In this document: positions 1 to 7,613 of the stretch, one piece after another
How the letters are laid out: each line of letters opens with the position of its first letter
Numbering within the stretch: the stretch's first letter is position 1
Assembly: GCA_037917625.1 (NCBI GenBank)
Contig: JAVCBY010000010.1
Span: forward strand, 1-28,423
DNA: 28,423 nt
Direction of reading: 5' to 3'
DNA from: Thermoproteota archaeon
GTDB lineage: Archaea; Korarchaeota; Korarchaeia; Korarchaeales; Korarchaeaceae
Translations under genes and position numbers: made by a program
The notes under the pieces: model-generated
What the model saw: the letters and a program-made list of their open reading frames with translations, nothing else
Told to the model about the DNA's origin: nothing
Database searches by the model: none

Positions 1-1
1 C

Positions 2-688
2 TTCAGCATAAGGGTTTTGGGCTCACCTCCCACTATAAGCTTGAGTGTACCTGATGAGAAGAGGAAGGGGGATAGCTTCACAGTTACTGTAGAGGAGGAG
101 GATGGAGATAGCGTAACCGTTAGCTTAACAATAGGAGATAGGAGCTTCAGTATAGCTAAGGGAAGTAATATCGTGAAGATCCCAGGGGATCTGAAAGCAG
201 GACAATATACGATCGAAGCCCTAGCGAGAGACGAGGATGGCGAAGCCACAGCTAGAGCTTCATTCACTTTAGTAAATGAGGAGCCTAGAGTCTCTGTGAG
301 CGTTGATAAAACGCAAGTAAAAGTGGGAGAGACGATTAAAATAAGGGTAGATGCTAGTGACGATTCTCCAGGTTTGAATGTGAGGACTATCGTTGGCAAT
401 GAGGAGTTCAGCGGTACAGGAACTTTTGAATATACGCCGAGGAGGGAGGGTACCTTAACGGTGAGAGTAGTAGCTACAGATATTGATGGCGCCACGGCAA
501 CGGATGAGGTAAGCGTGGAAGTAACAGCAAGTAGTAGCGGATCAGGAGGTGGATCATCGGGAGGTAGCTCTGGAGGTAGTGGATCTGGAGGAGGTTCAGC
601 AGGCTCTGGAGGTTCGGGTTCAGGCGGTAGCTCAGGAGGTAGCTATAATAACAGCACAGGAGGGAGTGGGAGCACAAATATGGCTTAG
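2..688 (+). pseudogene. Surface/secreted protein with tandem Ig/PKD-like beta-sandwich domains and Gly/Ser linker; starts upstream of the window, 3'-truncated
   Basis: Frame is open from the window edge. Two beta-rich repeats (GQYTIEALARDEDGEATA / GTLTVRVVATDIDGATAT) are followed by a GS linker, then the ORF stops abruptly where argF sequence begins. Confidence 0.6.
530..672 (+). repeat. Low-complexity Gly/Ser linker-coding tract
   Basis: Encodes SSSGSGGGSSGGSSGGSGSGGGSAGSGGSGSGGSSGGS. Confidence 0.9.
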
Positions 689-963
689 TACCTAAGGACT
701 CCCTCAAGGGGAAGTATGTGGCTGGGATATTCGAGAAGCCCTCTACTAGGACTAGGGTCTCCATAAGCGTCGCTACATTCGACTTAGGGGGCGTGTTCCT
801 CGAGCTTCCCATATCGAACCTTCAGATAGCTAGAGGGGAGAGCATAAGGGATACTGCTGAAGTGCTCAGCAGGTTCGTACATGCCATAGCTGCTAGAGTG
901 AAAAAACACTCTACTCTTGAGGAACTCGCCAGATGGGCTAGCGTCCCAGTTATAAATCTACTT
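676..963 (+). pseudogene. argF: Internal fragment of ornithine carbamoyltransferase (carbamoyl-phosphate-binding domain)
   Basis: KYGLVPKDSLKGKYVAGIFEKPSTRTRVS...GESIRDTAEVLSRFVHAIAARV...WASVPVINL carries the STRTR motif. The N-terminus and the whole ornithine domain (HPxQ, SMG, HCLP) are missing. Confidence 0.9.
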
Positions 964-1114
964 AGAGGCATTCATCCAATTGAGGTACGATGGGAACCCC
1001 CTAACATTATTCGAGAGGATACTATCCGCGCTCAACATAGCTACGCTTTACATCTCACTGCACAGGAAGCTGGAGAGGAGGATAAGGGAATGGTCCCATA
1101 ACTCACAATCTTAG
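956..1114 (+). pseudogene. 3' end of a third, unidentified gene
   Basis: The frame starting at 956 reads IYLEAFIQLRYDGNPLTLFERILSALNIATLYISLHRKLERRIREWSHNSQS* with host-like codons (AGG, ATA, GAG). It has no start and is preceded by in-frame TAA at 953. Confidence 0.55.
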
Positions 1115-1160
1115 GGGCTCAACATATAACTAATATTAAATTTGAGTCCCATAATATGAG

Positions 1161-1235
1161 GGGCCCGTAGCTCAGCATGGTCAGAGCGTCGGCCTCCGGA
1201 GCCGAAGGTCGCGGGTTCGAGTCCCGCCGGGCCCG
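1161..1235 (+). tRNA. tRNA-Arg(CCG)
   Basis: Acceptor GGGCCCG/CGGGCCC, anticodon arm TCGGC-CTCCGGA-GCCGA, T arm GCGGG-TTCGAGT-CCCGC; AT-rich TATA-like sequence at ~1131-1143. Confidence 0.96.
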
Positions 1236-1237
1236 CT

Positions 1238-2200
1238 TTGCTCTTGATTTTTTTAATTATGCCGTTAGCTCAAGTCGGAGCTCAGCAGAGCTTCGATGCT
1301 GTCGTCGTAAGGGGAGATATATACACGGATTGGATAATAGCTATGTCCTACGGCATGTCTCATGGCTCTTGGATAGTTCAACTCACTCCTACAAATGAGA
1401 ATGAAGTATTGAAGCTCATAACGGGATTAGCGGGCTTCAAGAGGAACATATCGATCTTGATAGTTGGGGCACCTAATGCAGTGCCGATAGATTTCGAGGG
1501 GAAGCTTCAGAGCCTAGGAATAATTGTCAAGAGAGTAGGCGGAGCTACTAGGCTGGATACATCCCTCTACCTCGCTATAAATTACTGGAGGGATTGTAAA
1601 TCCTTAGTACTAGTAGATGGATTCAATTCATCCTATTATTTAGCGGCTCTAAGCTTAGCTGTGGAGAGAAAAGCCCCGATAATATACACGAAAAACGGTA
1701 AGCCTCCAGATGGTTTTAGAGAATCCCTAGAGAATCATCTGAAGGACTTGAAATCGATAATAGTTGTAGGTGAGAGCTTGGATCCTAACGAAGCTAATTT
1801 CCTGAGATCGAAGGGGTATTCAGTGAGTTACATATCCAGTACGAATGTAACCCTGAGGTATCCGGAAGGCATTCAGCTCATATCTGGGGAGATAGCGGCT
1901 CCTCTTCTCGCTATATTCAGCTTCCCCTTGGGATCCCTTCTAACTTACGTCTTGATGAGGAGGAGTAAGAGGGAGGAGGGAAGCTTGATGGATTTCCTCA
2001 CTTTAGATGAGAGGAAGCTCGTAGAGATAATTAAGGAGAAGGGGGAAGTCTTGCAGGAGGAATTATCCGAACTGACAGGATTTTCTAAGCCTAAGATAAG
2101 CAGGATGATAGCTGAACTTTCGGATAGGAGGATATTGAGCAAGGAGAAGTACGGGAAGACCTATATAATAAGGCTCAATGAGAGGGCCAGGAACCTTTAA
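1238..2200 (+). CDS. Signal peptide + cell-wall-binding-2-like extracellular domain + TM helix + C-terminal winged helix-turn-helix protein
   Basis: Hydrophobic N-terminus; IVGAPNAVP...VKRVGGATRLDTS resembles CW_binding_2; TM segment IAAPLLAIFSFPLGSLLTYVLM; wHTH LTLDERKLVEII...LQEELSELTGFSKPKISRMIAELSDRRIL. Confidence 0.75.
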   Translation: MLLIFLIMPLAQVGAQQSFDAVVVRGDIYTDWIIAMSYGMSHGSWIVQLTPTNENEVLKLITGLAGFKRNISILIVGAPNAVPIDFEGKLQSLGIIVKRVGGATRLDTSLYLAINYWRDCKSLVLVDGFNSSYYLAALSLAVERKAPIIYTKNGKPPDGFRESLENHLKDLKSIIVVGESLDPNEANFLRSKGYSVSYISSTNVTLRYPEGIQLISGEIAAPLLAIFSFPLGSLLTYVLMRRSKREEGSLMDFLTLDERKLVEIIKEKGEVLQEELSELTGFSKPKISRMIAELSDRRILSKEKYGKTYIIRLNERARNL

Positions 2201-2212
2201 ATTACTCGAGCT

Positions 2213-2440
2213 ATGGGGATCCGAGGTGGTAATTTGTCAGAAGAGAGGTTGATATTCAAGCTACTACCGGTGGATCGCGAGATCTTCTGCACATCCTGCG
2301 GTAGGAAGGTGACTTACGAGAGGGGAGTAGTCGCTTTCAAGTGTCCCAACTGCGGGGGAGCTATAATAGTAAGATGCAGTGTCTGCAGGAAGCAAGCAAA
2401 TGAGTACATATGTCCTAACTGTGGTTTCACAGGCCCTTGA
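2213..2440 (+). CDS. Zn-ribbon RNA-binding protein (COG2888/DUF1610); true start may be TTG at 2234
   Basis: CTSCG...FKCPNCG...IVRCSVCRKQANEYICPNCGFTGP, in its usual position upstream of EF-1beta. Confidence 0.93.
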   Translation: MGIRGGNLSEERLIFKLLPVDREIFCTSCGRKVTYERGVVAFKCPNCGGAIIVRCSVCRKQANEYICPNCGFTGP

Positions 2441-2447
2441 GGTGGTT

Positions 2448-2720
2448 ATGATGGCTAGGATACTCGCTATATATAGGGTTCTGCTCGATGGGAGCATCAG
2501 CAGTGAGGAAGCTGTTCAGAGGATAAGGAAGGAGCTCGAAGGAAAAGGTTTTAGACTTGAGGGTTACGATGAGAGCCCAATAGGATTCGGGATAGTTGCT
2601 TTGAACTTAAAGATAACTGCGCCTGAGGAGGATGGTGTTACAGATGCCATATCTAGCGTCCTGGAGGGGTTAGAGGGAGTGAGCAGTGTGGAGCTGGATA
2701 TTGTGAGCAGGGTGGGTTGA
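2448..2720 (+). CDS. ef1b: Translation elongation factor aEF-1beta
   Basis: ESPIGFGIVALNL and EGVSSVE motifs; GAGGTGG RBS before ATG 2448/2451. Confidence 0.92.
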   Translation: MMARILAIYRVLLDGSISSEEAVQRIRKELEGKGFRLEGYDESPIGFGIVALNLKITAPEEDGVTDAISSVLEGLEGVSSVELDIVSRVG

Positions 2721-2968
2721 TGTCCAAGGGCTCCCCATTGATCCACATAATATATGAGATAGTGAGGGAGAGAGGTTCTATAGATGATTTAGAGCTCTTC
2801 GAAGTACTTTCCTCTAAGCTCCAGGGGGTCTCACTCTCGGAGATAGAGAAAGCTCTACTCAAGCTGGAGGTCATGGGGAAGATAGTTACCTCGAGCAAGG
2901 GGAAGAAAGGAGGGCTATTGATAGAGCTAGCCGAGGATAGGAAGTACATAATGCCTGATGAGGAGTGA
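2717..2968 (+). CDS. Small winged-helix-like conserved hypothetical protein
   Basis: 83 aa; SLSEIEKALLKLEVMGKIV pattern; coupled to ef1b by a 4-nt overlap. Confidence 0.7.
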   Translation: MMSKGSPLIHIIYEIVRERGSIDDLELFEVLSSKLQGVSLSEIEKALLKLEVMGKIVTSSKGKKGGLLIELAEDRKYIMPDEE

Positions 2969-3997
2969 TCAGAACCAAGACTCTAATCCACCTCCTGAGA
3001 GCAATCTATAAGATTCCTCTATCTCATTTATAACTTTCCTCACTCTTTCCTCAGAGAACTCGTGCTCCTCTACCATGAACTTCAGGAGCTCGTCGCTCAT
3101 AGGTCTCCTCAGAGATGTATCATAATCTTCAGTAGTTGGGGGGTTCAGGAAGAATTCGTAAATAGATATGGGATCCACATCAAACTCCCAAGGTACTCTA
3201 GAGAATAGATCCTCCGGCCTCTTATACTTCTTAACGAGCTCCAGAGCTCTCTTCACACCTATCCCTTTTACACCTCCTAAGTTGTAATCAGTCCCAACTA
3301 AGATCCCTATCATTATCAACTGCTCCCTGTTGATCCCGTTCCTCTTGAGGACGCTCTCAAGCTCTATCAACTCCGGATTTATATCGACGTAAACATCCTT
3401 ACCCGGGAGCTTCCTCTTACCAGTTATCGTGAGGTTCCTTATCAGCCTAGGAGCACCGAAGAGGAGGGAATCATAATCTTGAGATGCTGTAGCCCATACA
3501 TCGCCCTTCATAGCCATATAAGCTGCTTGAGCTTCTCCCTCACTCGGGGCTTGGACGATAGGTACGCCCATCAATTTTAGTATCGTCTTACAATCCTCCA
3601 CTATATCTCCCGTTATATTAAGAGCTGCTTGAGCGTACTTCCTGGCCTCATCAAGGTCTCCAAGCTCAAGGGCTTCCTTCCATTTCAATTCAGCCTCCTC
3701 TCTAGCTCTAACTCTCTCCTCTATAGCTCTAGACTTGAAAGACGGCTTCTCACCATCGAACACGTAGATGGGGATTATCCCCTCCTTCAGGAAGTTAGCG
3801 GTCCTGTAGAAGATACCCGAGTGAACGCTCGTTATCTCGCCCTTGCTAGTCATTAAGGGGGTACCGTCAGGCTGCCTAACTTTCGCTAAGAATTGATACA
3901 TCGCATTGAAAGCATCTAAAGCGATCCTCTTCCCAGCTATATCAGAGAGCTCCAACTCGACTTTATCCTCGATAAGCTCCCCGATCTTAACTCCCAT
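2969..3997 (-). CDS. fen: Flap endonuclease FEN-1
   Basis: MGV start, [34 protein letters not shown] and GTDYN motifs; C-terminal LESWF. Confidence 0.98.
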   Translation of the reverse strand: MGVKIGELIEDKVELELSDIAGKRIALDAFNAMYQFLAKVRQPDGTPLMTSKGEITSVHSGIFYRTANFLKEGIIPIYVFDGEKPSFKSRAIEERVRAREEAELKWKEALELGDLDEARKYAQAALNITGDIVEDCKTILKLMGVPIVQAPSEGEAQAAYMAMKGDVWATASQDYDSLLFGAPRLIRNLTITGKRKLPGKDVYVDINPELIELESVLKRNGINREQLIMIGILVGTDYNLGGVKGIGVKRALELVKKYKRPEDLFSRVPWEFDVDPISIYEFFLNPPTTEDYDTSLRRPMSDELLKFMVEEHEFSEERVRKVINEIEESYRLLSGGGLESWF

Positions 3998-4049
3998 CTG
4001 GGGTCATTATATATGGTGGGAAGGCAATTAAAAGACATCAGGTAGGAAT

Positions 4050-5114
4050 ATGATAGCCCTAGTAGGTCCCTACTATCCAGCGGTAGGCGGAGTTCAGGTA
4101 TACATGACATACATGGCTAGGGAGCTCCTCTCTCTGGGCTTCGAAGTCACTGTAGTGAGCTATAAGGGTTCTAAAGCTAAGTGGGGTGAGAGGGTCATCG
4201 AGGCCCCCACACTGAAGCTCAAGGGGCTCAGGGGGGTGAGCTTCATCTTAGGGGCTACTAACATATTGAGGAGGGAGAAGCCGGATTTGATAATCTCACA
4301 TTACGCCTCGACATCAGGGATTTCAGGTCTCCTCTCCGGACTGAATTACTTCGTAGTATTCCACGGGAGCGAGCTGAGGCTCCCTAAGGCTCTATCTAAG
4401 ATAGCTGCATCTAGATCGAGGGCAGTGATATGCGTGAGCAACTGGCTCAGGGAGAGGCTGGAGTCCTATGGGATAGGAGTGGATGCTGTGATACCTGGTG
4501 GAGTTGAGAGCGATCTCTTCGCCTCCCTTCCCCCTAAGGAAGTAGCTAGAGAGAGATTGGGGATCGAAGGGAATATAGTGCTCTCAGTGGGCTCATTAGT
4601 TAGGGCTAAGGGGTTCGATCTGATCCCAGAAGTAGCTAAGATCGTGAACTCTAAGTTGAGAGCGAGCTTCCTCATAGTGGGAGGCGGCCCCGAGGAGGAA
4701 GTAGTAAGGAGGAGAGCTAGGGAGGAGGGTGTGGAGGATCGCGTCATCTTAGTGGGGAAGAGGAGTTATGAGGAGACTGCAATTTACTACAGGGCAGCGG
4801 ATCTGCTGCTCCATCCTGCTAGGTATGAGGGGTACGGCCTAACGGCTCTCGAATCTCTAGCTGCTGGGACTCCAGTGGTGGCCACTGACACGGGTGGGAT
4901 GAGGGATGTCGTGATAGATGGAGTGGATGGGTTCCTCTTGGATAGGGATGCGAGCATGATAGCTGAGAGGGTGATTCATCTACTCCAGAACGATAATTTG
5001 AGGGAGGAAATGGGGAGGAAGGGAAGGGAGAGAGCTTTGAAGAGGAGCTGGAGGGCAGTAACTCAGGAATATATCGATTTAATGAGGAAGAAGGTCCCCG
5101 AGATCTCTCAATGA
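4050..5114 (+). CDS. Glycosyltransferase family 4 (GT-B)
   Basis: YPAVGGVQ, KGFD and EGYGLTALESLAAGTPVVATDTGG motifs. Confidence 0.93.
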   Translation: MIALVGPYYPAVGGVQVYMTYMARELLSLGFEVTVVSYKGSKAKWGERVIEAPTLKLKGLRGVSFILGATNILRREKPDLIISHYASTSGISGLLSGLNYFVVFHGSELRLPKALSKIAASRSRAVICVSNWLRERLESYGIGVDAVIPGGVESDLFASLPPKEVARERLGIEGNIVLSVGSLVRAKGFDLIPEVAKIVNSKLRASFLIVGGGPEEEVVRRRAREEGVEDRVILVGKRSYEETAIYYRAADLLLHPARYEGYGLTALESLAAGTPVVATDTGGMRDVVIDGVDGFLLDRDASMIAERVIHLLQNDNLREEMGRKGRERALKRSWRAVTQEYIDLMRKKVPEISQ

Positions 5115-5179
5115 GATTAAAGGGGATCAAAGATTATAAAAAGCCACTTCAAGGCCAGCTCATTAGTAGGGGAGGAGAA

Positions 5180-5536
5180 TTGAAGTACAAGCAGGTGATA
5201 GTGGTGAGGAAGGACTTAGGGATGAGCTGCGGGAAGATAGCTGTTCAAGTAGCTCACGCCTCACTTGAAGCTGCTGAGATATCTAGAAGGGAAAATCCGG
5301 ATCTATATAAAGCTTGGAAGGGGGAAGGAGCTAAGAAAGTCGTACTTGAGGTTAGGAGTGAGGAGGAGCTCATTGAGATCTACAGAGAAGCTTCAGATGA
5401 GGGGCTAGTATCAGTCTTGATAAGGGACGCAGGGTTGACTGAGATCGAGCCTGGGACGGCGACAGCTGTTGGGATAGGACCTCATGAGGAGGAAAAGATA
5501 GATAAAATTACTGGGAAACTCCCATTGTTGAGGTAA
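5180..5536 (+). CDS. pth2: Peptidyl-tRNA hydrolase Pth2
   Basis: KQVIVVRKDLGMSCGKIAVQVAHA, KKVVL, DAGLTEIEPGTATAVGIGP; TTG at 5180 follows a GGAGG RBS. Confidence 0.96.
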   Translation: MKYKQVIVVRKDLGMSCGKIAVQVAHASLEAAEISRRENPDLYKAWKGEGAKKVVLEVRSEEELIEIYREASDEGLVSVLIRDAGLTEIEPGTATAVGIGPHEEEKIDKITGKLPLLR

Positions 5537-5646
5537 CTTCGTTAGAAACTCCTTAATATCGAAGCTTGCTTGAAAGCCCTTCAGAAGAGGGATTGAACCC
5601 GCAACTGTTACGATGAGTTTAAATATTCCCCTCGGAGGAAAGAGGG

Positions 5647-5817
5647 ATGGTCGAGTGCGCTATCGAGGGATGTCAGGAGGAGGCGAAGAAGGAGGTGGAC
5701 AGGTCTTACTTACCCGTCATACAGAGCCTGAAGCTGAAGCTCAAGGCTGGTGATTGGAAGAAGATTCCCCTATGTAAGAAGCATTATAAGATCGTTAAGG
5801 AAGCTAAGGAGCTCTAA
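5647..5817 (+). CDS. 56-aa Zn-finger-like small protein (not in the ORF track)
   Basis: MVECAIEGCQEEAKKEVDRSYLPVIQSLKLKLKAGDWKKIPLCKKHYKIVKEAKEL*: CxxxxC...CxxH ligands, host-like codons, TTTAAATA upstream at ~5618. Confidence 0.82.
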   Translation: MVECAIEGCQEEAKKEVDRSYLPVIQSLKLKLKAGDWKKIPLCKKHYKIVKEAKEL

Positions 5818-6047
5818 TGAACTCTCGATTATCATAAGCTCCCCCGAATTCCCATCATGAGAGTTGGAGCATAAGCACTGAGCTCAGAATTTTGAGGGGC
5901 TTCATGGAGCAAGGACATTCTTTGCAGGGAAGTTCAGGAGAATTGATCCGACATTTCAGCAGCATAGCCCTAATTTGGGCTTTCATAGAGGCGAGAAGCA
6001 TTATCAAAGCTTGACCTCTACTCCCTTCTCAATTCCCCTTGATTTAT

Positions 6048-6306
6048 CAAAGTTTTCGCCAGAAAACTCACACCATTCGGGTGGGATGGATGCGAAAATT
6101 TAAAAACTAAAGAGCCCAATTAGTTTGAGGATGTTCCAATGACCTATGAAGCATCTGCTGAGGTGGATAAAAGAGAATAGCCCATGGGGTAACGAGCTCT
6201 ATGGGATGGAGGAGATGTGAGCCCCTCGAACCAGCAGATGAGGAGGTAGGCGCAAAGCCTACTCTAAACGCTGGAAGCCCATACCCTTCAGGGGTGGGTA
6301 GCTCAC
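6048..6306 (+). mobile_element. Non-autonomous IS200/IS605-family derivative (PATE/MITE-like) with no intact tnpA or tnpB
   Basis: TTTAT target motif at 6043-6047. Left subterminal hairpin CTCAC-A-CC-ATTC-GG-GTGGG (6067-6085) and right hairpin CCCAT-A-CCC-TTCA-GGG-GTGGG (6278-6298) share one architecture. The element ends in TCAC, with no TSD. Confidence 0.8.
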
Positions 6307-6869
6307 CTACTTATCCTCACTATCATCAGTTCATGGAAAGCTAGCTTCCTCCTCAAGCATACCTCAGCTTTGAACCCCATTTTCTCAGCTTTTCTCAAAG
6401 TCAGCTCCGGGAGATTGAAGTCAGCATGCAGTATTAGGGCCTTCCCTCTCATCAACCTGGGTAGATCATCGATGAGAGCATCTATGAGCTCTCTCCCCCT
6501 CCTCCCCCCAGCCCATCTCGAGTCCCCCCTTCCCGGCAAGTAAGGTGGGTTGAAAGCTATCAAGTCGAATGAAAGATCTCTGAAGTGCCTCGTCATGTTC
6601 CCTTGGACTACATGCACTTCGAGACCATTCAGCTCAGCGTTCCTAGAGGCTATTAAGCATGACCTAAGGGATATATCGCTAGCCACTGTGCAGCATCCCC
6701 TCTTAGCCATCTCTATCGCGACTATCCCGCTCCCAGTCCCGAGGTCGAGGCATACCTTACTCGATAGATCCTGATCTAAAGCATCTAGCATCAGTAAGCT
6801 GTCCTCAGCCGGCCAGTAGACTTGATCGTCCTTAAGGAGCTTCAATCCCCTAACTTGCCAGATAGCCAA
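6303..6869 (-). CDS. HemK2/PrmC-like release factor glutamine methyltransferase
   Basis: VYWPAEDSLL, LDLGTGSG, FNPPY, WAGGRRGR. Confidence 0.92.
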   Translation of the reverse strand: MAIWQVRGLKLLKDDQVYWPAEDSLLMLDALDQDLSSKVCLDLGTGSGIVAIEMAKRGCCTVASDISLRSCLIASRNAELNGLEVHVVQGNMTRHFRDLSFDLIAFNPPYLPGRGDSRWAGGRRGRELIDALIDDLPRLMRGKALILHADFNLPELTLRKAEKMGFKAEVCLRRKLAFHELMIVRISR

Positions 6870-7573
6870 GCTATCACTTCCCTCACTTCCTCAGGGCTCA
6901 TGTGATAGGGCCTCCTCTCAGCATGAGGCAGCCCATCGATATCCTTCAAGAGGGGCTTGAGTGAGTTCTTGAGCTCTCTCTTCCTCCTCGAGAATACGAG
7001 CTTACAGTACTTCAATATCTGATCCCTCAATTCATCCTGCTTCGGCTCTATTACCAATATAGCTGAATCCACCTTAGGAACGGGGCTGAAGGACCTCCTA
7101 TCCACTATGGAGACGAGGGATACCTTTAGGAGGAGGGATGCTATCACTGAGAGGCTCCCATACCTCTCAGTTCCCGGTTTTGCAACTAACCTCTCAGCGA
7201 ACTCCTTCTGAAGAGTTAAGACGGCTCTCTTGAATTCACTCCTAGCCAATCCTATTATGAGTTGAGATGAGAGGTAATAAGGTGGATTGGATGCTATTTT
7301 CTCCACTCTCAGGGGGAGGAGGTCCCTGATATCAGCCTTAACTATCTCGACCCTCTCATCCCCCTCGAACCTCTCCCTCAAGACTTCGACGAGCCTCTCA
7401 TCTTTCTCGACTAATATAAGCTTCTTAGGATCCCTAGATAGGATCTCCTCACTCAAATTTCCAGTCCCAGCACCTAGCTCAATTACCTCATCCCCTCTCA
7501 CATCTAGCAAGTCAGCTATGAGCTTTATCCACTTCTCGGACACCATCATGTGTTGCCCTAGCTTAGCTCTCAT
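6842..7573 (-). CDS. ksgA: 16S rRNA adenine dimethyltransferase KsgA/Dim1
   Basis: KLGQHMM, ELGAGTGNLS, SNPPYYLSS, QKEFAERL, YGSLSV, FSPVPKVDSA; start placed at ATG 7573. Confidence 0.95.
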   Translation of the reverse strand: MRAKLGQHMMVSEKWIKLIADLLDVRGDEVIELGAGTGNLSEEILSRDPKKLILVEKDERLVEVLRERFEGDERVEIVKADIRDLLPLRVEKIASNPPYYLSSQLIIGLARSEFKRAVLTLQKEFAERLVAKPGTERYGSLSVIASLLLKVSLVSIVDRRSFSPVPKVDSAILVIEPKQDELRDQILKYCKLVFSRRKRELKNSLKPLLKDIDGLPHAERRPYHMSPEEVREVIAWLSGKLGD

Positions 7574-7613
7574 CGTGACATGCTGGATCAAGGTTAAATA
7601 ATGCTAATTCAAG

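Noticed and set aside
718-1101. 127-aa ORF as an intact small protein
   Set aside because: It is an argF fragment running out of frame into another gene's tail.
1177-1398. 73-aa ORF overlapping tRNA-Arg
   Set aside because: Translation of tRNA sequence and of an alternative frame of the real CDS.
5566-5605. CTTGAAAGCCCTTCAGAAGAGGGATTGAACCCGC resembles a CRISPR repeat end (ATTGAA) or a reversed tRNA T arm
   Set aside because: Single copy with no spacer-repeat periodicity, no cas genes and no cloverleaf.
5818-5846. Minus-strand ELMIIESS resembles the hemK end ELMIVRISR, suggesting a displaced original 3' end
   Set aside because: Precise removal of the mini-IS already restores a complete hemK end with TAA at 6046-6044; the match is short and probably chance.
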